Shown here: positions 48,125 through 59,716 of the stretch, piece by piece
How the letters are laid out: the number at the start of each line of letters is the position of its first letter
Position numbering within the stretch: the first letter of the stretch is position 1
Assembly (NCBI GenBank): GCA_030704615.1
Contig: CM060733.1
Coordinates: forward strand, 68,324,001 to 68,388,000
Source: Takakia lepidozioides
Taxonomy: Eukaryota > Plantae > Bryophyta
Direction: 5' to 3'
DNA length: 64,000 nucleotides
The notes under the pieces: model-generated
Database searches by the model: none
Told to the model about the DNA's origin: nothing
Seen by the model: the letters and a program-made list of their open reading frames with translations, nothing else
Translations under genes and position numbers: made by a program

Positions 48125-49610
48125 TCCCTGGCAGCCTTGCTTCTCGAGCTCCAGGCTGCTTTTTCTTTTTGGTCACGAAGCGGTGCCTTCCTATGTCAGC
48201 CTCCATGGCACTCATTTAGAGGTTATTTTTTCCTCTTGTAACCCCAGGACTCCTGTCCTTTTATATATAATCCATCCATCCCGTAACTTCCTTGGATGAA
48301 CTCCGATTTCGTTCATCCCTGAACGAAAAATGTGGCGCGGAAAATTTTCTGTCCGCTCCAATTTACAGCGGGCAGAAACATTAAATGCTCCGCCGTCTAT
48401 AATTTTCTAAGTGGCAGGGGGGGCCTGAAATGCATGGCCCAAGAGGTGCCAACGGCGTTGACCCCGCTGACGAGGCAGGCGCGAAGGCCCAGTGGGCTGG
48501 CCTTGCCGGCGTGCAGCGTGTACGTGGGATTCCACCCCATGAAATAAATCGATGCCACCCGGCCTTGCATGCAGGGTGGTAGGGCGTGTGCCCCCGGGCT
48601 GGCTGTCCGCCCGTGCGGAATGTCATGCAATCGTGGCGGGAAGGGGTTTACGTGGCATGGAGGGGTTTAGGATATCGTCTTTCCGTGTGCCCTGGGAACT
48701 CCTTTGTTTCCTGCTCTGCATTTTGTGAGGATTGCGAGCTGCGGGGGGCTCGTCGATTTGGGGTCTGAATGCCTGAAGTACAATGCTTATGCGGATTTGA
48801 TGTCGCATTTTCCCTGTGATGCAAAGGCACCGCTCCGTTCTGACACCGTCGCTTTGTGCTTGAAGTTTGGGGCTGCCTTGTATTTGTGGTTGTGTTTTTC
48901 TCCGTGCTCGATTAGAGCTCTAGGTCGAGCTGCTTTGAATGGGAGATATGGTGCTTCGATTTCATCGTCACACCTTCACTGTGCTTGCTTCTTGTTATAT
49001 ATGTCTTGCATTTGCTTTGTATTAGTGCGTTGAGCGGCTGGTGTACCATAGGCTTTCATTGCTGTTTGTTGGGCTTTATGGCAGGGTGGGGAGTGGGCGC
49101 AGGTAGGGAATGGCTCCTGGGAAGCGCAAAACTTGTGAGCCAGCAGTGCCTCCCGCACCTCCAACACTCCTTCTAAAGGCCGCAGAGATCCTCAGTGCTT
49201 GGGCGTTAGAGTGTCAACACGCAACAGAGGCTGAGTTAAGTGTCATACTTGGGTGTTTGGATAACGAGTTCTTGTTGAGTTCGCCGCCTCCACCTCATGC
49301 CAGTCGTTGGCCAAAACGACCTGCAGGGCATAATTTCTGCTTTCTGTTTAGGAGATAGGTCGCACTTTTGTTGGGGTGGAAAGAAAGAAGGGAGGAAGGG
49401 GATCCGCAAGGATTTAGTGACGAAGTGAACGAGGTCTTGAGAGAGGTGGTCTGGCCTGATGCTGATAGTCAAGGATATGAAGAATGCAGCGAGAGGGAAA
49501 CGCTTGATTTCGTGCTTTGTAAGGTCGCCTCCCCTGAGGCTTCCTGTTCGGAGGAAATCTAACTTGGTGGCTCATGTGGGGCTGCAGGCAGCAGGGGGGG
49601 TGCACAAGAT

Positions 49611-52600
49611 GCATACAAAATCATGCCTTTTGGACTTTGTAATGCACCAACAACTTTTTAGAGAGTGATAAGTGAATCCTTCCATGAGTATCTGGATGAT
49701 TTCATGCAAGTGTTCTTAGATGACTTCAGTGTGTACAGCTCTAAGAATGAGCACTTGCAGAAGTTGGAGTTATGTTTGGCCAGATGGAGGATGAGAGGTC
49801 TGGGCCTGAATCCAGAAAAAAATGTACTTTTTGTGTGAACTCAAGGGTACTTCTGGGACACATTGTGCGTAAGAAGGGACTGCTTGTGGATCCTAGAAAG
49901 ACTGAGGCCATTAAAGCATCCCCCACCACCAGGAAATGTTAAGGCTTAAAGGAGATTCCTTGGACAAATCAGCTACTACATAAGGTTTGTCAGACGGTAT
50001 GCACAGATGGCAGCACCATTGAGCAAGCTTTTGAAGAAGGATGCAGTGTTTGCATGGACAGCTGAATGTCAACAGGCTTTCGAGGAACTTACATTGTCAG
50101 TAACAACCACACCTGTACTGATAAACCCTCACTGGCATGTGGTATTTCATGTATATTGTGATGCCTTAGGAGAAGCATTGGGGGCTGTGTTAGCCCAAAA
50201 TGTCACAGGAAACATAGATTCACCTGGGTACTATACTAGCAAATTGTTGAACAGTGTTGAGAGGAACTATAGTTTATGTGGATCATCAGGCTTTGATTTA
50301 TCTGGTGAACAAGCCTTTGATAAGTGGCAGGATAGCAAGATGGTTGATAATCTTGCACGAGTTTGAAGTTGTTTACAAGCCTGGTTGTTTGCATCTTGTG
50401 GCAGATCACTTGTCACGGCTATCAACAGGAGAGGCCGCCATGGGAGTAGATGACCAACTGCCTGATGCGAGTGCCCACCTAGTTATGGGAAGGAGCAGAG
50501 GAAAAGAATAGCTATCAAGGCTTTACCATACACTATGATAGGTGGAAGATTGTATAAGCTAGGACTTGATGGAGTTCTTAAACGATGCTTGTACCACCAT
50601 GAAGTAAATAAAGTTTTGGAAGAAGTTCATAAAGGAGTGGCTGGAGGTCATTTTGGAGAAGAGACTACCAGTAGGAAAATACTACTTGCAGGTTACTGGT
50701 GGCCTACTTTGTTCAAGGATGTACACAAGTATTGCCAGAGTTGTGATGAGTGTCAGAGGCTAGGACCTTTGCAAAGATCTGGGAAGGTGGCTTTGCATCC
50801 TACGATGCCTACTGAACCATTTCAGAAATGGGGACTAGACTTTGTTGGACCAATTAATCCACCAGCCAGGAATACACAGAACAAGTATATAATCACAGCC
50901 ACTGATTATACTACAAAGTGGGTGGAAGCTAAGGCTCTGAGGGACAACACAGCTAAGTCCACAACAAGGTTCCTATATGAGAACATACTCACAAGATTTG
51001 GCTGTCCCCTGGAATTTATCAGTGACCAGGGAAGTCATTTCATTAATGAGACCATAGAACTATTAACTAAAGAGTTCATGATTGTGCACAGGAAGAGTAC
51101 AACCTATTACCCACAGGGCAATGGGCAGGCAGAGGCCACCAACAAAATACTATACACTATCTTGGCTAAGATAGTCAATGCAAACAGAACAGACTGGGAT
51201 ACAAAGCTATTGGTCAACAGCTTTGTGGTCATACAGGACTTCATATAAAGTCACCACCAAGTATACACCATTCCAATTAGTTTATGGTATGGAAGCTTTA
51301 CTTCCAGTGGAATTCTTATTACTTACCATGAGAACTGAATGGGGAAGGAGAATGAAACATGAATTATATCATGTGGAAGAAGTACGTGTTGATGCAGCAG
51401 ATAACATGACTAGAATGCAGATGAAGAGAAAGGATCGGTTTGATGAAGGTAAATTGAAGACTTTTAAGACAGGTGATTTGGTACTGTGGTTGCAGAAGAA
51501 GGAAAAGATTAAAACTTCTAAGCTTAAGTCACCATGGAAAGGACCTTATGTCATACAAAAGATGTATGATAACAACATAGCCATGTTACAAACCATTAAC
51601 AAAGAGATGCTTGGTAGAGTCAATGCCAATAAGTTGAAGGGATACAGTGGTATCCATGATAGACCATTGCAGCATGATTTGCATTTTGAAACACAGATGC
51701 AGTCACAGACTACACCGGTAACACCAACGGAGCATGGAGCACTTGTCGTAAAGCCGAATGTGTATGGCCATAGCAGAGAACACGGGTGTTCACATAGCTA
51801 TCACAGCCCACCACAGCCCACACAGGTTGCACAGTCCATAGGGTCAGTGACAGGTGGACACGAGTTAACGTCAGAAAAGTGGCCGGTAAGTGTAAAGACA
51901 GTTTGGAAGTCAGCCTCGGAGAATGTGCCACGCGGACAGATTATCTTTGATTCTTGCTTGCTTGATGCGCGAACGCAAAGTAGAGATGTTAAATGGTGGA
52001 GGCTGAGTCAGTAGAGCAGGAAAAACTCATTGCTGACATGAAGGCTACTATCTGTCATAATGATGATACATTTTAGAAGTACAGTCAGGTTGATGCCTAG
52101 AAGGACAGGTACATCCTTGAGTTGCAGCAAACAATCACAGCACGGAAGAATGAGCTTTCTGTGACTAACAAGGCCTGGAAAGAAGCCAATAATCTGTCTG
52201 CTGCCTATGCAGCTCTGGTTGAACCTCATGCAAAGCACATGGAGAGGTTACAGCAACAGTTGGAAACATATAGACTCAAGGAGGAGCAGGATCTCCGTGG
52301 TGCTACACGGGACTTGGTGGATAATCATCTTTTGTAAGAGTGGTTAACACAAAGGCCAGTGGCAGGGAAGGCACCAAGAAAGCTCATCCAAGATGAGATG
52401 AATGATCTTAGGTTATGGGTGCAGAACATTGCCACAACCACTATAGACAATGTCTCTAGTCGGATAGCTGAGTTGCAGGAGGATGTGGAAGGGCTGCAGA
52501 CTCAAGTGGATGACTTGAGCTCCAACATTGACAAAAGGGCCTTCGTTCCTGAGGAACAGCTGGTGGCTACTTATTTGCACGCGAGGACTCTGATTTTCCA

Positions 52601-53185
52601 ATCTTCATCACAGGAGGTGCAGGACTTGCCAACATCAGGAGGGACAGTGGCGCCAATATCACAGCAACCACAGCAGGTCGACACTGTTGATACTCTGGCA
52701 CTGCAGCAATCTGAGGTTTGGGAGGATGCTTCTTTTAACCCACCTACTACTCCTGCTGCATTTGAGTACAATCGGGCTATGAATATGCCCTTCAACCAAA
52801 TTCCCATTGTTATGGATTTGGCTTGGAAAGAATTCAGTCCTCCAGAGTCTTTGGCACGCTATTACCAGATCATGCACATTTGGTTGCCAGTAGCAACTCG
52901 GACTAAGGTTCTTCCGAATGACCGACCCATTGAGGATCACCATTTTGCACGGTACTGGTCTGAGGCAGGCACCATATGAAGGAATTAATTGCCTTCCAGA
53001 TTGTTCATGGGTACATCTACACCAAGACCAAAGAGGTACCTAGTTTGGTCATGGGTTGTGGACTATACTATGCTGCTTGTTTCATTTCACGCTATCACAT
53101 TGAGCAGCAAAAGATGCAGATGCGGTTTCAGACTTATTCCAAGTCTGAGGATCATTGGGTGTTACCTTCAGTTCCATCCCATATT
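49611..53185 (+). mobile_element. Family B fragment B2 (RT end, RNase H, integrase, plus extra 3' coding region)
   Basis: Collinear with about 39863-42680, with indels, up to about 51880; then unrelated coding-like sequence. Confidence 0.88.
52010..53185 (+). pseudogene. Extra ORF downstream of pol (coiled coil plus unknown domain), decayed
   Basis: ORFs 52122-52337 and 52359-52979 share a frame; heptad stretch IAELQEDVEGLQTQVDDLSS; continues after a frameshift at about 52976. Confidence 0.55.
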
Positions 53186-56100
53186 GGGGGCTGCTATTTC
53201 ATGAGCCATGAGCCATGAGCGGCATGAGCCATGAGCAAAGTCGTAAGTGTCGAAAAAAACATGAGCATGACTATTTTCCATAAATGAGTGTCCGCGGGAA
53301 TAGGGTTGAGGGTGTCACGGTCATAGGGGGAGAAGGACCTCCCGATGAACGAGGTTCGACAATGTTTTTTAGAATTACCAATTGAAATGCAATGTTTCGC
53401 GAATGGTAGGGTGGTACTGCTCTGTAGAATGAGGGCCCATTTCAGCGTACCAGCCACTTGCAAAATCCACCCACACTCTCAATCCCAAACGAATTGAGGA
53501 ATGCTGCATTCTGGGAACGATGGATACAGAATAGAACAAAAAAAGGACACAATGGGGTTTTTATTGATCCACATGAATTGCATTTGAAGCACGTCTACTG
53601 TGCTGATTGTGCAAACAAATCTTTAGCCCTGTGCCTTCTGAATACAAGTCACGTTGTCAATGGGACTTCGACTACTCTGAAAACTAGCTCATGAGTCATC
53701 GGGCTCCTCCAGGTAAACTGGATTGTAGCCGTTGTACGTTGTACGTTGCAGCTGTTGATGTTCACCACAATGTCGTGCCCTTCAATCATACCACCATCGA
53801 ATATGGAAAGCTCACATTTTCGTTGTCCACACCAATGCGAATGTCCCCATACAATGGAGAAGAGGAGCGCATTCCTTCAGGAGTATACGTCTCTCCGATG
53901 TTGATGCACGTCCACTTCTTCTTCAGAATTGGGACGGCGCTCTTGCGGGTCCACTTCGCAATTCATGTCTGCGTGTAGGACAACCACACAGCCTCTGACG
54001 TCCAACACCATGCGGGCGAGCCCGAATCCTTTCTTCCAAAAGTCCTCGGAATACCTGTTCCAAGATGGCAAAGTTTACAGTCCTTCCACAGGCTCTCCGT
54101 CCGGAATATCCAAGATGATCATATCGCAAGACCACTCGGTGGCATTTCCGCCCCTCCTACAATCCTTGTCTGCACACACCCTCTCAAAGAACGAGACCAT
54201 CTTCAGAAACCCAGGGGTGTCGGAAGCCTCTTCGGCAGCCGCCTTCTTCAGTGCTCTGCCCTTCAGACCCTCCATGGTCTTCATGTATGCGAACTTGGCT
54301 GCCTGTCCCTCCAAAGCCGCCAAGAAACTCTCATTTACACACTGGACTGCTGTATCGGGATCCACTTTCGGCCTCTTCATTTCCACCGGCTCGAAAGGGT
54401 GCCCCCCCGGGGGGTTGAAGAGTGCCTTCTTTGTCGAGCCTGTTCTCGTCCCTCTCGTGACAACGCACAGGGGATTTTGGCTGCGTTTCGGGGGGTGGGC
54501 TGGTTGCAAAGTCTCCATCGGAGTCCTCTTCGTCACTCTCTTCCTGCTCTATCTATTTCTGCTTCTTCGTTTTCTTGGGTGTCACAACTGCTGCTCCTTG
54601 CTGGTGAGTCCTCTTCTTCAACCCCTTCTGTTGAGCCTACACAGCTGCATCCACCGTCTTCTGTGCCATCTCAGCTGCCTTTCAGAATTGTTCCAGAGCA
54701 GCAGCTTCCTTTGCCGACTCTGGCCCAGCAGGGACACGTCTTTCCTTTCTCTTCTCTTCTGCTTTCGCGTGCAGATCTTTCTCAAACTCATCAACAATTC
54801 CGCCAGACATGTCTAGGTACCACGGGCATCCAACGAGATGCGCGGCATGCCATTGTTTCTGCATCTCGGGTGTGTAGACACAGCTTGGGCCCACCACGGT
54901 CCAAGCCATGAAGAATGGGGGCTCTTGAGCCAAGGCCCCTGTCTGAAGAAGCACGTATTTCATATACCTGCAGGGCAATCAACATGCGTGAACAAAAGTT
55001 GAGACCAACGTACTCGCAGAGTGCAACCAAAAATATAAAATATGAATGCGGTGCCGCATTTCCCAGACAAACCTCATAACCAGGCTTCGCATACAAGGGC
55101 AGATGGGCTTCATCTGTAAACAATTCGCATTGCAGCTTTTCCCGCTCCCTCCTGATGTGTAAACTCCACACTCCTTCTTGTTGTCTGCAGCTCCCTGGCA
55201 AAGAGGTTGTCCTTGTACGCACATGTGAAACGTGTCACGTAGTCTTCCAATGTCTGTGTTCCATCCCATTTGACGTACAAGCCGAACGAATTTGTATGCA
55301 TTACGACTTGCTCCTTCGCATTTGTCATTACCTGCGATTCCCACATGCATTGTCACGTAGCAGTTCATGGAATTCATTTCAGAAAAGCAAATCGGGGGAA
55401 GTACTTCGAATTACCTGGAACCACCAAGTCATGCGGTTGAGCCACACATCCACTGCAGGGTCGGAAACTTCGAGTGGAAAAGACCACATTGTCCTTATAC
55501 TCTCCGATGCATTCCAGATCGACAGCCACCGTGTCTGCCATTTCCGATCCAATGTCAGGAATAGGAAGTCGAGTGGCTATTGCTAGGAAGGAACTTCAGT
55601 GCATTGAAACCTCACCTTCTCTTTCGCCTCAACACATGCCGTTGAGAGGTGATGCAGTTTCTCCAACTGCATGGTCGGCTGCATGGCCCGAGAATAGTGT
55701 TTTGCAATCTCGGGGATGAAGTCCTTTCCAAGTGCCGGATCTGCAATGGCCACCAGCTTCACAAGCTTTGACTTGTATTTCGTTCTGGAATTGACCCGGG
55801 CTTCCTTCAAGTGCTCAGTCAATGACTACAACGTTTTGACCTGCCCCTCACTTTCCATGAAGAAGCGTTTGGCATGGGCCAAATCCAGCTTGATGTTTGA
55901 CTGCCAACAAAAACATGCAGAAGCGTTACATTCGATTCATGTGGAAAGATTACTGGAAATTTCAATCTGAAGGATGAGCAGAGGGAAATGGGAGGACGAC
56001 TTACTTCATATATCACCTCCACCATTCCATCCATAGTGAGACGATACCATGTCCGGTCTGTTTTTGCCACGACTTTCTGAATGAGCTCGGGCTCCAGCAT

Positions 56101-57605
56101 TTCCGCAAACATGTGTAGATCAGTGAGACCAGTTTTCCTCACCCTGTACAGCATATGTGTCATGTGGGTATGCACGTACACATTTTCAGTGACCCTGCAA
56201 GGCACACTCTCCAGTTCAGTCCACGGAAGCACGGAAACAAAACAGATTGGAAACCGAAATGCGGCACCGCATTTCGAACGTGCTTGGGAGGGTATGAGTA
56301 TCTTACGAGTTGAGGTCCGCCATGGCATTCTTGAGCAGGGAGGAGTCTGCCGCCTTCACCTTGAGGATGACACACTCCACCATGTGATGCCAGCCAATAT
56401 GCTTGGCATGGTTCTGCTTGATGTACTCCCACCAGGCAAGAAGTCGGTCATTCCCGTCCCACACAAAGAACATTTTACCCGACATATGGCCGAAGTCTGG
56501 ATCACCCTTCAGCATTGCCTCGAATTCGTCGTTGCGAGTGTGCTAGTGGGTATCCCATGTTGACAATTCAGCCGTAGTGGGTCCACGTGTTTCGCCGTCC
56601 TCATTCTCAATGGAAACGTAGAAGGCTGGTGAACCTAGACGGTACCCTTCTCGAAATGCAAACTTGAGCTTATCCACATCCCCGGAAAGTGCCTGCCTGA
56701 CGATGGGAAGGGAGACCATGCGACAAAGTAGGATTCAAAGAGTCCGCTGTAATACCCTGCTGCCCAGAACTCTGCCAATGCTACTGTGTGTCTCCTCCAA
56801 CATTGTATCCACTGCACTTTGGAATTCCTCCGTAGACATTTCTGCAGGTGGCGATAGGGGCTGAGCAGCTGGAGCATCCCCAACTGGAGCTGCACTCTGG
56901 GGAATCTTTGCGGGCAATTCTGCCATTGCAGAGGCCTCCTCCAGGCCTGCAGTATTCTGAAGATCTTCCTCAATGGTGGTCAGGTCTTGCCTTGTGCTTC
57001 CTCATTCTTGCAGGTGAAGGTGTCTGCTGCAATTGAATCTGCCCTATACCCTTCTGCTTCATTCGCCTGGGTGGGGGGGGAAACGGCCTGGTCCGGTTCA
57101 GAATCCAGTTGAAGGACGGGCTGCTTCTTCTTCGTCTTTGTTGGAGAATGGCCCGACCCCTGCTGGCGATTCTCCATGACCTTCAAACGCGAGTCGCTCT
57201 CTGGGTTTTTGAACTGCAAAGACTTGCCCTTCCAAGTTGCGTCCTTGAAACACACAGGGCTACGCCCGGCAGGAAGACCTGTGCTCGTGGATCGGCTGGG
57301 TGTGCGTGCTGCAGCTAGCTCCACGGACTCTTCCTGCGGCTCTTCGGATTCCTGCGATCCCTCCAACACGTCCACCTTTCCGGTTAGGCATGCAAACATC
57401 TTCTGACTTCAAGTCTCCTAGCATATAGTCTAAGAATTTCAGAAGAAGAATGAGGGGGGTTTCGGTGCTCGATCAGCTGCGCGCATCCCGATAGCACGGA
57501 GCTCTCACTGGTGGCTGGGTTGCCTGCGTGGCCTGCTGCTGCGAGATGGCAATCTCCTCCTGTAGACGCATCTGCTTCCTCCCCTTTGGCATTGGCCTAC
57601 GTCCG
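53186..57605. mobile_element. MULE copy 3: 5'-type terminus plus adjacent cargo-like gene; other end lost
   Basis: 53186-53464 is the reverse complement of 32067-32344 (GGGGGCTGCTATTTCATGAGCCATGAGCC...). Its extent beyond 53464 is inferred. Confidence 0.7.
53600..57600 (-). pseudogene. ParB/Srx-like domain plus beta-class N4C/N6A methyltransferase-like protein, decayed
   Basis: ILLCRMVSLPIVRQALSGDVDKLKFAFREGY...AFYVS...MFFVWDGNDRLLAW (about 56400-56735); CDMIILDIPDG...PSWN...FWKKGFGLARMVLDVRGCVVVLH...KKKWTCIN (about 53890-54130). Confidence 0.65.
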
Positions 57606-59019
57606 AAGTATCTCTACCCTTTCTTCAAGATTTATCCTATCTTGCCAGAATCCGTATTACGACTTAATTTTCTTTTTTACTGATTGATCACCAAACTTTT
57701 AATGGGCACAATAATACCATCTGTCTTTTTCAATGTATCTGACTTGCAATAAGTCTTTGGGTATCCAGTACTCCACTGCTTCTATGGTCGTGTGGCAATA
57801 TTCATAATTTGAACATCCTTCTCTGAAAATATAACTAGTGTAGCAAACTTTTCTGATTGGGATTAGAGTAATCAATAAAGCTAAACGAGACAACCATCCT
57901 TCACTTCTGATTCTACATTCCCAAGGTGCTCGTGTAATACTGATCACTCCTCCCTTCAATCCCCATTTGTCATCTTCTTTCGCAACTGAAAGAAAGATCT
58001 TCTGTTGTATTGCTATTGATAAGCCATGAAATTTTTTTAGGAATGTTTCCATTCCTTTGCTTCCGTTGACTCGTTCTGTCGTGATTTCAAGAAATCACTG
58101 AGTAACCATCCTTCTTTGAGTACTCTTGAACTCAACATACCGTTAGTCCCCAGTATGGTCGCCAAATGTTAACCGTTGGTTTATGACTTAGACAAAACAG
58201 GCTATTAGCACTACTGCCCATTTCCTAAGACATGCAACAGAGGTTGTCCGACGGTATGCTTTCAGAAACGATTACGCAGTAATCGTTTTAAGGATAGCTA
58301 AACCATGAACATCGTATGAATTCATCTCCATGCAGGCTGCTTAATCCTATTGATTAAGCTCAACTTACAGTCCCTTTGGCATGAAAGATCTTAATCGCAA
58401 AGACTGAAGTTGTAAAGCAATTGGTAGTCAAGGCAAACAAGAACTATCCTGAAATGATACACATTCTCACCATCTCACGTTCTCTCATAATACACATTCT
58501 CTCCATCTCACGTTCACTCTACACATAGATACTTCGAATAGCATGGCTTTACTTCAGAGTCCGTCATATCATCACTAAAGTACACACTGAATACAAACTG
58601 ATCACTGATACTCATATCCCCCCCTTCTAAGTTGCGTGCAGTCTTTTTATACTATGCTCGAAAGAGCCGTTACAGTCTGCGGTCGTTAATGACCGTTTGC
58701 CTAACTGCCTACGCAACCTAAAAGGTTTGCTAAAAAGTGGCTCGTTGCAATGGTCGCGAGCCATAGTGGTAAACGGTCCACTACTCTCTCTATTGGTTAA
58801 AGCCGATGCTAACGTGGCCGTGTGATATCGTGGTTCACGGCTCACGGTTACTACACTACTCACTACTGCTCTCGTGGTAATGTACCCTTGTCCAACCATT
58901 GGCTAAGTACCGCGTACTTAGCCGTCTCTGCCTATGGCCCAGGTAGTGTACGTCCATCACTACCTGGTATGTCCCGTTGTGACCCTCGTTGTCTGTCCCT
59001 CGTAGCATAGCCGTTATCA
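57606..59019 (-). mobile_element. Family C copy C2 (LTR 58167-59019, PBS, ORF1; rest deleted)
   Basis: Reverse-complement TGATAACGGCTA...GGTTAACA followed by TT-TGGCGACCATACTGGGGA; similar to C1. Confidence 0.87.
57699..58052 (-). CDS. Family C ORF1 homolog (F-box-like)
   Basis: FHGLSIAIQQKIFLSV...KWGLKGGVI...WL..L...I.K...WIPKDLL aligns with B ORF1. Confidence 0.7.
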   Translation of the reverse strand: METFLKKFHGLSIAIQQKIFLSVAKEDDKWGLKGGVISITRAPWECRIRSEGWLSRLALLITLIPIRKVCYTSYIFREGCSNYEYCHTTIEAVEYWIPKDLLQVRYIEKDRWYYCAH

Positions 59020-59233
59020 GTGGGACATAGGATCATCCATAGGATCATCCATGGGAACTGGAGCGTGGCAAGTAATCTGACGTGACCCGATTCGGGTCGC
59101 GTCGTCCTTTAGAAGTTAATATTGCAGGTCTCATTCCTGGAGTTTTAGGGTGGATTTCATTACACTGCAAAAACAAAGTCTATGCATAAAAATGCAATTG
59201 AAAATATCCAAATGGTGGATTCCCTTTGCCCCA

Positions 59234-59391
59234 TCAATGATTTTTGGAATCCTTGCCGAGGAGTTTGCGCAGCTCGTTCGGGCTCAACGTTGGTGCATGA
59301 ACAAAGTCATCAATACTCAAGTTCATCCTCAGCCTCTTCAGGTAAATGTAATACAGATGCTTGCTCGGATAATACTTTGTCCCCTTCTTTG
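59234..59391 (-). pseudogene. MULE transposase SWIM C-terminus (fourth, diverged copy), cut by B3
   Basis: Reverse complement reads KKGTKYYPSKHLYYIYLKRLRMNLSIDDFVHAPTLSPNELRKLL. Confidence 0.82.
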
Positions 59392-59520
59392 TGTTAGAGG
59401 GCTGCTGGGACTTAGATGCTTTTACGGGTTCTGTGGGGTACCCTTAATTTTTGCGCAGACTGAGACAAACATGAGCCTTAGGGGTGGCAGCATCAGGCTT
59501 TAGGGGGGTTATACATTTTA

Positions 59521-59716
59521 CACAGCCAGTCACAGCCCGCCACAGCTTCGCACAGTTCGACACAGCTTCGCACAGCCCGCCACAGCCCGACACAGCTTTG
59601 CACAGCCAGTCATAGCCCGCCACAGCTTCGCACAGCCCGACACAGCCAGTCACAGCCCGACACAGCTTTACACAGCCAGTCACAGCTCGGCACAGCTTGA
59701 CACAGCTTGACACAGT
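59521..59716 (+). repeat. 10-bp-period CACAGCnnnn array in the B3 LTR
   Basis: About 20 consecutive units, each starting CACAG or CATAG at exact 10-bp spacing. Confidence 0.93.

Noticed and set aside
53929-54816. 295-aa plus-strand ORF
   Set aside because: Antisense shadow of the minus-strand methyltransferase-like region.
53186-59391. The SWIM fragment at 59234-59391 as the transposase of MULE copy 3
   Set aside because: Its orientation conflicts with copies 1 and 2, where the GGGGGCTGC end is 5' of the transposase; more likely a separate copy.
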